From a virus (taxonomy: Duplodnaviria > Heunggongvirae > Uroviricota > Caudoviricetes), in the IMG/VR virus record IMGVR_UViG_2695420589_000016: a DNA stretch of 13,230 bases, one strand, 5' to 3'. Below the pieces are notes generated by a model. The model had not been told where the DNA came from and did not search any database. It was given only the letters and a program-made list of their open reading frames with translations. Shown here piece by piece: positions 5,781-13,230 of this stretch. The position numbers and the translations under genes were made by a program. Each line of letters starts with the position of its first letter. Position 1 is the first letter of the stretch.

Positions 5781-8718
5781 TATCCGGGTCGCTTNNNNNN
5801 NNNNNNNNNNNNNNNNNNNNNNNNNNNNNNNNNNNNNNNNNNNNNNNNNNNNNNNNNNNNNNNNNNNNNNNNNNNNNNNNNNCCGCCTGATGGGGCAGTT
5901 TGGTGACTCCATCCAGCGAACGCAGGGGGCGATCAAAAATCTCGAGCGTCAGGCGCGTTCATTTGAGCGCGCCCGTGACGCTGTCAGTAAAGCGGATGCG
6001 GGCATCGTGAAAGCACGACGCCAGCTTAACGCCCTTAATCAGTTACAACGCACGGGTACAGTGCTCAGCGAAAAACAACAAAAGCTGATGCAGCAGTTAA
6101 GCACCCGGCTTGAACGCCTGAATGAATCGCGCACACGGGAAATTCAGAAAATGCGGGAACTTGGCGGAGAGCTGAAACGCCACGGCATTTCCCTGACAGG
6201 CAGCGATAACACCATCCAGCAGGCCATCAGACGCACCGGACAATACAACAACCAGCTTGAACGCGAACGGCGGGCGCTTGCGCGTGTAACGCAGGCGCGT
6301 GAGCGGTATTCACGCGCGCAGGAAACAGCGGGAAAACTGAAAACAGGTGGTGCGCTGGCAACAGGTGCGGCGGCAGCGGGCGGCTATGCTGCCGGGCGTT
6401 TTTTGCAGCCCGCTATCGGGTTCGGGAAAGAGATGTCCCGTGTTCAGGCACTGACGCGAATCGATAAAAACAGCCCGCAGTTTAAGGCGCTGCGTGAGCA
6501 GGCGTTAAAACTTGGCTCTGAAACGCAGTTCACCGCAGGCGATGCCGCCAGTGGACAGGCATTTCTTGCAATGGCTGGTTTCACACCGCAGGCCATTCAG
6601 GCTGCGCTTCCCGGCGTGCTGAGCATGGCAACGGCTGGCGGTATGGACCTCGGCGAGACGGCGGATATTGGTTCCAATATCCTGACGCAGTTCGGCCTCT
6701 CTGCTGACCAGATGGACCGGGTCGGTGACACACTTACCGCAGCGTTTACCCGTACCAACACTGACCTTCGCGCACTGGGCGAAACCATGAAATATGCAGG
6801 TCCGGTGGCGGGTAAGCTGGGAATATCGCTGGAGCAGGCCGCAGCGATGGCGGGCGTGCTGGCGAAGATGGGTATCAGGGGGAGTGATGCAGGTACAGCG
6901 TTGCGTAAAAGCCTGGCCAATCTGTCATCACCGCCAAAGGCAGCGGCAGAAGCACTGAAAGAGCTGGGGGTGTCAGTTGCTGACGCCAAAGGCAAAATGC
7001 GCCCGATGGAGAATGTGCTGGCCGATCTCTATAAAGCCACCCGCAAATACGGGGAGGTTGACCGGGTATCGTTCTTTAAGGACATTGCCGGAGAAGAGGC
7101 TTTCACATCATTTATGGGCCTCGTTGATGCGGCAGGTGACGGCNNNNNNNNNNNNNNNNNNNNNNNNNNNNNNNNNNNNNNNNNNNNNNNNNNNNNNNNN
7201 NNNNNNNNNNNNNNNNNNNNNNNNNNNNNNNNNNNNNNNNNNNNNNNNNNNNNNNNNNNNNNNNNNNNNNNNNNNNNNNNNNNNNNNNNNNNNNNNNNNN
7301 NNNNNNNNNNNNNNNNNNNNNNNNNNNNNNNNNNNNNNNNNNNNNNNNNNNNNNNNNNNNNNNNNNNNNNNNNNNNNNNNNNNNNNNNNNNNNNNNNNNN
7401 NNNNNNNNNNNNNNNNNNNNNNNNNNNNNNNNNNNNNNNNNNNNNNNNNNNNNNNNNNNNNNNNNNNNNNNNNNNNNNNNNNNNNNNNNNNNNNNNNNNN
7501 NNNNNNNNNNNNNNNNNNNNNNNNNNGGGAAGCTGGCTACGTTGCGTCTCGGTTTTTCTCTCCTGACCGAATCAATGAATGTTGTCAGGGTTCTGCCTGC
7601 ATTATGGGGAATNNNNNNNNNNNNNNNNNNNNNNNNNNNNNNNAATGGTGACGGGTTCCGTTTCTTTACTTGGTGGCGCTATCGGGGCGCTGTTCAGTCC
7701 GGTTAGTCTTATCGTGGCTGCGCTTGCCGGAGCTGCCGTTCTTATCTGGAAATACTGGGATCCCATCAGGGCATTTTTTGCCGGGGTGTTCAGCGGGATT
7801 ATGGAAAGGCTGACCCCGTTGCGCGAAACCTTTGAACGGTTTGGCCCTGTTTTTGATGTCGTGCGCGATGGGATTATTCAGGTCTTTAACTGGTTTAAAT
7901 CGCTGCTGTCACCGATGGAGTCCAGCAAGGAAACGCTGGATAAATGTGCCAGTGCTGGCGAGATATTCGGTAACGTTCTTGGCGGTGCGTTACAACTTGT
8001 TCTGACACCTGCAAAAATGCTACTGGATACGCTGGCGTGGATACTTGAAAAACTTGGCGTCCTTCCGGATGAAGCGGAAAGGGCGCGCAAGAAAATCGAA
8101 GACGCACAGCGTGCGGCCATTCTTCAGGACAAGGTTGCCTTGCTTCAGGGGAACCTGGCGAAAATCAATCCGCCGAAGCCTGTGGAAAATGGCAATGGCA
8201 CCGGAGGTGATAAACCCAAAGACAACAAACCGCTCACAGACAGCAATACCGGGACGCTACGCAGACTCAGCAAAATTGCTGATAACACAGGTAAGCTGGT
8301 TGATGAGACGAAAAAACGCATTGGCCCCGGCGATATTGTCTTTAAGAACCTGCCCCGCGCACTTGCTGTTCGTGGGGAGTGGCAGGAGCGGAAGATTGCG
8401 CAGGTCAGTAAGCCTGCCCCCGCAATTAATATCACACCCGTGGTCCCGGCTCCGCTGCCTCCGGCGCTGGTCCCTGTTGTTGCGGCCAGCTCCCGCCCGG
8501 TGGCGGAGGCCATACGCTCTCCAGTGGCATCAGTTCCTGTAACTTCCCGTAACCGGGAGCCTGTTGCCTCCGGATTTGGTGGTGAAATTCATGTTCATCT
8601 GCATAACGTTGTTACGCAGAATCCCCGCGAACTGGCGAAACTGGTCGGTGAAATGGTCAGGGCAGAAATGGAACGGCGCGCCCGTGCCGGGCGTGGCAGT
8701 TTTTACGATAAAGATTGA
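5767..8718 (+). CDS. T: Tail tape measure protein (gpT), interrupted by three N-runs; length and continuity uncertain
   Basis: ATG at 5767 (MKTLDIRVA) overlaps the E' stop. The N-terminal part is coiled-coil-like; the central part has the Gly/Ala-rich tape-measure core (GGALATGAAAAGGYAAG..., AGGMDLGETADIGSNILTQFGLS..., GIRGSDAGTALRKSL...). The C-terminal part runs 7645-8718 (MVTGSVSLLGGAIGALFSP...) with TGA at 8716-8718. N-runs at 5795-5882, 7144-7526 and 7613-7643 fall inside the gene. Confidence 0.75.
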
Positions 8719-8730
8719 GGAGTCATGGCC

Positions 8731-9219
8731 ATGATGATGATCTACGGCATGTTTGTTTTTGAGCTGCGTACATTGCCGCATCAGCAGTTACAGCAAAACA
8801 AAAGCTGGCGGCATGTGAAAAATGAACGCGTTAACCGTTCGGCAAGCTGGCAGTATATCGGTGCAGGTGATGAGCGCATCGTTCTTTCTGGTGTGCTTTA
8901 TCCTGAAATTACAGGTGGCGAAGTGTCGCTGTCGCTGCTGACCACGCAGGCGTATACAGGACGACCCTGGCCTCTGATTGATGGCGTCGGGCAGATTTAC
9001 GGCATGTATGTCCTGACCGAAACGAATACGACCCGCTCCGAGTTTGATCGCTACGGTAAGGCGAAAAAGATAGAATTTTCACTGACTCTTGAACGCTGTG
9101 ATGAGGATTTGCGGGAGCGCCTGCAATCCTCATCGTTCAGCGATATGCTGTCCGGCTTCAAAGATAAGGTAACATCATCCCTTAACAGCGCGGCCAGTTC
9201 AGTTAAAGGGTTGTTCTGA
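8731..9219 (+). CDS. U: Tail protein gpU
   Basis: The ORF is open from the ATG at 8725, but SD GAGGAG (8717-8722) is only 2 nt from it, so I prefer the ATG at 8731 or 8734 (MMMIYGMFVFELRTLPHQQ...). About 160 aa, directly after T, as for P2 gpU (about 159 aa). Confidence 0.8.
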   Translation: MMMIYGMFVFELRTLPHQQLQQNKSWRHVKNERVNRSASWQYIGAGDERIVLSGVLYPEITGGEVSLSLLTTQAYTGRPWPLIDGVGQIYGMYVLTETNTTRSEFDRYGKAKKIEFSLTLERCDEDLRERLQSSSFSDMLSGFKDKVTSSLNSAASSVKGLF

Positions 9220-9230
9220 TTTAACACAAA

Positions 9231-9267
9231 AACCGCTAATGGTCAGATTAGCGGTTATTTTGTTTCC
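9231..9267. terminator. Bidirectional rho-independent terminator between gpU and the invertase gene
   Basis: Perfect 10-bp inverted repeat AACCGCTAAT (9231-9240) / ATTAGCGGTT (9247-9256) with a 6-nt loop, flanked by an A-run upstream (9224-9230) and a T-rich run downstream (9257-9267). It lies between convergent genes. Confidence 0.55.
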
Positions 9268-10096
9268 TGACTCTTCTCTATTGTTCCGATTGATTCTCCT
9301 GCGGGGTGGTAACGATAAATCGTCGATATACCAATGCCGTAAATTATTGCCAGTTGTTTTCTGTCGTGCCCGTTTTTGATCAGCCTTGCTATTTGCTCAT
9401 GCTGTTCTTTTGTCAGCTTCGGTCGACGTCCGCCTGTGCGCCCCCGTGCGCGTGCTGCCGCCAGTCCGGCCAGTGTACGTTCAACAATTAATTCACGTTC
9501 CATTTCAGCCAGGGCACCCATCACGTGGAAGAAAAAACGCCCCATTGGAGAAGATGTATCTATGCTGTCGGTCAGACTGCGAAAATTAATTCCTCGCTCC
9601 CGTAGTTCCCCGACGAGAGAAATCAGATGTTTCATGCTTCGCCCGAGGCGATCCAGTTTCCNNNNNNNNNNNNNNNNNNNNNNNNNNNNNNNNNNNNNNN
9701 NNNNNNNNNNNNNNNNNNNNNNNNNNNNNNNNNNNNNNNNNNNNNNNNNNNNNNNNNNNNNNNNNNNNNNNNNNNNNNNNNNNNNNNNNNNNNNNNNNNN
9801 NNNNNNNNNNNNNNNNNNNNNNNNNNNNNNNNNNNNNNNNNNNNNNNNNNNNNNNNNNNNNNNNNNNNNNNNNNNNNNNNNNNNNNNNNNNNNNNNNNNN
9901 NNNNNNNNNNNNNNNNNNNNNNNNNNNNNNNNNNNNNNNNNNNNNNNNNNNNNNNNNNNNNNNNNNNNNNNNNCCTGTCCTTGTTCCGCTTAATTTATCT
10001 TCAAATATTTGTTCATATCCTGCACAAACAAGAGCGTTTCGTTGCAGGTCTGTATTCTGGTCATTTGTTGANNNNNNNNNNNNNNNNNNNNNNNNN
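9255..10096 (-). CDS. Serine DNA invertase, Gin/Cin/Pin/Hin family (internal region masked by N-run; start inside N-run, approximate)
   Basis: C-terminal part 9255-9661 reads (W)[62 protein letters not shown]...GRRPKLT... and the N-terminal fragment 9974-10069 reads [32 protein letters not shown]. Both closely resemble phage Mu Gin and e14 Pin as I recall them, including the catalytic-serine region VSTNDQ. The start codon is predicted about 8 codons upstream of the visible fragment, inside N-run 10072-10194. Confidence 0.85.
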
Positions 10097-10194
10097 NNNN
10101 NNNNNNNNNNNNNNNNNNNNNNNNNNNNNNNNNNNNNNNNNNNNNNNNNNNNNNNNNNNNNNNNNNNNNNNNNNNNNNNNNNNNNNNNNNNNNN

Positions 10195-10211
10195 ACCTCG
10201 GTTTACGAGAA
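10195..10211. other. Partial invertase crossover site (gix/hix-like), left half lost in N-run
   Basis: ACC-TC-GGTTTACGAGAA at the first unmasked bases after the N-run. It matches the recalled gix core ...AAACC-TC-GGTTTACAGGAA at 10 of 12 positions in the right half-site, and sits next to the invertase 5' end, as gixR does next to gin in Mu. Confidence 0.45.
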
Positions 10212-10970
10212 CTCGGCACAAGCGGGGAGAAAATACCGTTACTCAGTACAGCGAATACCTGGACTAATCGACAAACATTCAGCGGTGGCCTTTCTGGTGA
10301 ACTATCCGGCAATGCTTCTACAGCTGCAAAATTAAAAACTGCCAGGAAAATAAGCAATGTGGCTTTTGATGGTTCCTCCGATATCACATTAAAAGCAAGT
10401 CATGTTGGTGCGTTTGCCTTAGGGAAAACAGGAAGCACCGTTGCGAATGATAAAGCAGTTGGATGGAACTGGAGTAGCGGAGCCTATAACGCAACTATTA
10501 GTGGTGCATCAACGTTAATTATTCATTTTTATATGGGAGAAGGAAGTTGTCCTGCAGCTCAGTTTCGGATTAATTATAAAAATGGCGGTATTTTTTATCG
10601 TTCAGCCCGTGATGGTTATGGTTTTGAAGCCGACTGGTCCGAATTTTACACCACCAGAAAACCTTCAGCAGGAGATGTTGGTGCACTGCCGTTATCTGGT
10701 GGTCAACTGAATGGTGCACTGGGTATCGGAACATCCAGTGCTCTTGGCGGTAATTCGATTGTATTGGGTGATAATGACACGGGCTTTAAACAAAAAGGCG
10801 ATGGTAATCTGGATGTTTATGCTAATAACGTCCATGTTATGCGCTTTGTCTCCGGAAGCATTCAAAGTAATAAAACCATAAATATTACGGGACGTGTTAA
10901 TCCCTCGGATTACGGTAACTTTGATTCCCGCTATGTGAGAGATGTCAGACTTGGCACACGAGTTGTTTAG
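10197..10970 (+). CDS. Alternative tail-fibre C-terminal variable segment (Sv'-like), no own start codon, ended by an in-frame TAG
   Basis: The frame is open from the crossover site and encodes ...TANTWTNRQTFSGGLSGELSGNAS...[23 protein letters not shown]. The GNFDSRYV(R/K)DVRLG motif is shared with the intact fibre segment on the minus strand (12214-13230). Expression would require inversion to fuse it to the constant part of the fibre gene. Confidence 0.6.
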   Translation, partial: LGLRELGTSGEKIPLLSTANTWTNRQTFSGGLSGELSGNASTAAKLKTARKISNVAFDGSSDITLKASHVGAFALGKTGSTVANDKAVGWNWSSGAYNATISGASTLIIHFYMGEGSCPAAQFRINYKNGGIFYRSARDGYGFEADWSEFYTTRKPSAGDVGALPLSGGQLNGALGIGTSSALGGNSIVLGDNDTGFKQKGDGNLDVYANNVHVMRFVSGSIQSNKTINITGRVNPSDYGNFDSRYVRDVRLGTRVV

Positions 10971-11120
10971 ACCATGAAGAAAGGCGTGATGTATGAAAAA
11001 TCAGGCCATGTAATCACGGGGCTTGGTATTATCGGTGAAGTCGATGGTGATGATCCGGCAGTATTCAGACCAATACAAAAGTTAATTAACGGAACATGGT
11101 ATAACGTATCGCAGGTATAA
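10971..11120 (+). pseudogene. In-frame continuation of the Sv' fibre segment after the TAG, encoding the conserved fibre C-terminus (49 codons)
   Basis: Same frame as 10197-10970. Encodes [49 protein letters not shown], colinear with the C-terminus of the minus-strand copy (...[43 protein letters not shown]). Its TAA at 11118-11120 is 2 nt before the tfa' start, mirroring the coupling of the other copy. Confidence 0.55.
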
Positions 11121-11122
11121 TC

Positions 11123-11656
11123 ATGCAGCATTTAAAAAACATTGTCGCAGGTAATCCAAAAACCGTTGAACAATACCAGCTAACAAAGAATTTTGATGTT
11201 ATCTGGTTATGGTCCGAAGATGGAAAAAATTGGCATGAGGAATTAAAAAACTTTCAGGAGGATACAATAAAACTGGCTTACACAGTTGAGGGAATAATTA
11301 TTGCTATAGACAAGGATGTATCAGCAATTAATCCAGAAGGTTTAAGTGTCGTTGAGTTGCCTGATATTACAGCAAATCGCCGGGCTGATATTTCGGGCAA
11401 CTGGATGTTCAAAGATGGTGCGGTGATAAAGCGAACTTATACCGAGGAAGAGCAAAGGCAACAAGCGGAAAATGAAAAGCAGAGCCTGCTGCAGCTCGTC
11501 AGGGATAAAACCCAGCTGTGGGACTCTCAGCTACAGCTGGGCATCATTTCCGATGAGAATAAACAAAAATTAACCGAGTGGATGCTCTATGCGCAGAAGG
11601 TTGAATCCACAGACACCTCCAGCCTGCCAGTAACGTTTCCCGAACAACCAGAATGA
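11123..11656 (+). CDS. tfa: Tail fibre assembly protein (Tfa, chaperone for the Sv' fibre segment)
   Basis: 177-aa ORF, ATG at 11123. N-terminus [20 protein letters not shown]... and ...[34 protein letters not shown]... are typical of the Mu U / P2 G / E. coli TfaE family and paralogous to the minus-strand tfa. Confidence 0.85.
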   Translation: MQHLKNIVAGNPKTVEQYQLTKNFDVIWLWSEDGKNWHEELKNFQEDTIKLAYTVEGIIIAIDKDVSAINPEGLSVVELPDITANRRADISGNWMFKDGAVIKRTYTEEEQRQQAENEKQSLLQLVRDKTQLWDSQLQLGIISDENKQKLTEWMLYAQKVESTDTSSLPVTFPEQPE

Positions 11657-11661
11657 AACAA

Positions 11662-11689
11662 GGCCCGATATCGGGCCTTAATTTTTACT
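11662..11689. terminator. Bidirectional terminator between the convergent tfa genes (perfect 16-nt palindrome GGCCCGATATCGGGCC plus T-run)
   Basis: The palindrome at 11662-11677 is followed by TTAATTTTTA on the plus strand and by a U-rich stretch on the minus strand. It sits between the tfa' stop (11654-11656) and the tfa stop (11685-11687). Confidence 0.55.
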
Positions 11690-12212
11690 CAGGCTTTTGT
11701 GGCCATTCTGGCTTTGCCGTATCCACACGGCTGACCAGAACACTGTAGCGTTCCCATGCTTCCAGTCGTGTGCGTTCCTCGTCTGTTGCCATATTCAGCC
11801 TGACAGCGCGTTCCAGCGGCTGGATGACTGATTCAGCTTCGGAAAGCAATGCGGCCTTTTGTGATTCGGCCTGTTGTTGCTGTTCGTCAGCCGTATAAAT
11901 CCGTTTAACCACAGCTCCGTCCTTAAACATCCACTTACCGGAATCATCAGCACGACGATTAGCTGTAATATCAGGAACCTCAACGACGCTATAACCTTCA
12001 GGGTTAAGCGTGGAGGCATCTTTGGTGATGGCGACAATAATATTATTTGCATCGTAAACAATCTTTATTGTGTCTGGCTGAAAGTTCTTCACTTCCTCAT
12101 ACCAGTTTTTTCCGTCCTCAGAGTAAAGCCAGATGACTCCGTGCTTCTTTGTTAACTCATACTGCTCCACTGTTTTAGCATTACCTGCTTTTATGTTCTT
12201 TAAGTGCATCAT
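11685..12212 (-). CDS. tfa: Tail fibre assembly protein (Tfa, chaperone for the currently expressed fibre segment)
   Basis: The ORF is open from 12245, but the homologous start [20 protein letters not shown]... is the ATG at 12212-12210, 1 nt after the fibre stop codon (12216-12214). The sequence parallels the plus-strand Tfa throughout (...[33 protein letters not shown]...). Confidence 0.85.
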   Translation of the reverse strand: MMHLKNIKAGNAKTVEQYELTKKHGVIWLYSEDGKNWYEEVKNFQPDTIKIVYDANNIIVAITKDASTLNPEGYSVVEVPDITANRRADDSGKWMFKDGAVVKRIYTADEQQQQAESQKAALLSEAESVIQPLERAVRLNMATDEERTRLEAWERYSVLVSRVDTAKPEWPQKPE

Positions 12213-12213
12213 A

Positions 12214-13230
12214 TTAAATACTCGCCACATTATACCAAGTGCCATTTATATACTTTTGCACTGGCCTGTAATGAACGCCTGCAATATTATCGGCAGAGTT
12301 TTTTCCGGTATCCTGTACGTTAATCCCCGTCAGTACATAGCCTGACGGGCACTGAAAATTCCATGTTTGCCAGTTGTTCACTCCATAATATTGCTGTGAA
12401 CCAAGTCGAACATCTTTCACATATCTGGAATCAAAATTGCCATAGTTGCCGGGAATAACTTGCGAGCCGCAAAGCCAGTTCCCGTTATTATCCATGTACG
12501 CCTGACCATCGGTGCCATTGGCTGTCCTTGAGTTATTAATCATGTAGATGCCAAATTGCTTATTTCCCAGACCGCCAATCATAAATTTGCGGTCGGCATG
12601 GTCCTGACGGAGCAAAGCCTGAGCACCATCAGTGGATACCGCATTACGTCCCAAAATAACATTCTGGTCACGCATATGAATCCACATGCCGGTACTACTG
12701 TTAATTGCAAAACGGTTTGCAAATATATCCCCTGTAACATCAAGACCATGCCCCATGCTTATCCGGCCAGTTCTGAGATTAAGCGTAAAGGGGCGTAGTG
12801 GCCCTATATTACCATTTTCCCCTTCATTCTCTCGTGTAGGGATGATATGCAGGCATTCTTCAGAACGACGAAAAATGGCACCAAAAGATGAATTAAATAT
12901 CCTCAGTGCATTGACTGTCGATATTTTCACTTCACTGCTGAAAAGGGCTTCAACAAGAACAGACAAAGCATTCCATTTAAGATTCATCAGGTCTTTAGGC
13001 CGGGTGCCAATGATGCGGTGTCTCCATTTGAAATATTCATTGCCGTTGTTGCCTGTTTCAAACCACATGTAGGAATCGGTGTCTGCATCCGAATTATTTT
13101 TAAACCCAATCTTTGCCCAGTCAGTATTTCGAATCCAGGCAAGGATTGAGTCGTTTTCAAAAGTAAGTCCACCGGACAACGTATCGCCATTTTTTTGCAC
13201 GGCGTTACCAGCCTTGTTTACCGTTTCCTG
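12214..13230 (-). CDS. Tail fibre protein, C-terminal receptor-binding portion (gene continues past the window end)
   Basis: The frame is open from the window end ([26 protein letters not shown]...) to TAA at 12216-12214. It carries the [14 protein letters not shown] motif and the C-terminus ...[19 protein letters not shown]. The ORF tool's M at 13200 is a GTG inside the open frame, not the true start. Confidence 0.8.
   Translation of the reverse strand, partial: QETVNKAGNAVQKNGDTLSGGLTFENDSILAWIRNTDWAKIGFKNNSDADTDSYMWFETGNNGNEYFKWRHRIIGTRPKDLMNLKWNALSVLVEALFSSEVKISTVNALRIFNSSFGAIFRRSEECLHIIPTRENEGENGNIGPLRPFTLNLRTGRISMGHGLDVTGDIFANRFAINSSTGMWIHMRDQNVILGRNAVSTDGAQALLRQDHADRKFMIGGLGNKQFGIYMINNSRTANGTDGQAYMDNNGNWLCGSQVIPGNYGNFDSRYVKDVRLGSQQYYGVNNWQTWNFQCPSGYVLTGINVQDTGKNSADNIAGVHYRPVQKYINGTWYNVASI

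Larger units (their letters stand above)
10195..13230. other. Invertible tail-fibre DNA segment (G/C/P-segment-like); far boundary predicted beyond the window end
   Basis: Contains two alternative fibre C-terminal coding segments and two tfa genes in mirror-image arrangement, directly adjacent to a Gin-family invertase gene, as in the Mu G, P1 C and e14 P segments. Confidence 0.6.

Noticed and set aside
3804-5936. ORFs 3804-4016 (-), 4092-4433 (+), 4123-4329 (-), 4345-4551 (-), 4509-4733 (+), 5047-5340 (-), 5133-5513 (-), 5534-5767 (-), 5538-5936 (-)
   Set aside because: All overlap FI, FII, E or the T start on the opposite strand or in another frame. Their composition is Arg/Pro/Ser/Cys-rich, as expected from GC-rich antisense translation, and none has its own SD.
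6597-9133. ORFs 6597-6995 (-), 6977-7651 (+), 7878-8120 (-), 7895-8107 (-), 8045-8542 (+), 8145-8513 (-), 8530-8781 (-), 8909-9133 (-)
   Set aside because: Embedded in the tape-measure or gpU coding regions in alternative frames or antisense; several consist largely of translated N-runs.
9306-10387. ORFs 9306-9491 (+), 9376-9993 (+), 9386-9589 (+), 9627-10196 (+ part) and 10061-10387 (-)
   Set aside because: Antisense to the invertase or made up mostly of translated N-runs. Only the portion from 10197 onward in the plus frame is supported by homology to the fibre.
11795-13190. ORFs 11795-12061 (-), 11874-12155 (+), 12133-12345 (+), 12556-12798 (+), 12686-13072 (+), 12987-13190 (-)
   Set aside because: Overlap the minus-strand tfa and fibre genes in other frames or antisense. 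This region is AT-rich, which generates spurious open frames.
1-13230. CRISPR arrays, tRNA/rRNA genes, insertion-sequence ends
   Set aside because: No regularly spaced direct repeats, no cloverleaf-compatible segments with conserved tRNA features, and no transposase-like ORF or terminal inverted repeats were seen in the unmasked sequence.

Overview
This window reads as the tail/late-gene end of a P2-like (Peduovirus-type) prophage or derived tailocin in an enterobacterial genome, with one AT-rich cargo gene inserted between gpD and ogr. Gene order: ogr (1-261, -) <- 500-aa cargo gene X (505-2007, -) <- gpD (2233-3342, -) | divergent | tail sheath FI, tail tube FII, chaperone E and E+E' (-1 frameshift), tape measure T, gpU (3500-9219, +) | Gin/Pin/Hin-family DNA invertase (9255-~10096, -) | invertible tail-fibre segment holding two alternative fibre C-terminal segments and two tail-fibre-assembly genes (10195 to the window end, where the fibre gene runs off). 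No rRNA, tRNA or CRISPR array was seen. The most interesting element is gene X: a strongly AT-rich insertion with its own ribosome-binding site and candidate promoter, encoding a protein with a PIN-like N-terminal domain and an unassignable C-terminal region, which I propose as a candidate uncharacterised prophage-encoded anti-phage gene. Five N-runs (5795-5882, 7144-7526, 7613-7643, 9662-9973, 10072-10194) interrupt T, the invertase and the crossover region; their lengths do not preserve reading frame or expected protein length, so coordinates across them are approximate. All protein assignments rest on reading the translations and on recalled family features; no database search could be run.
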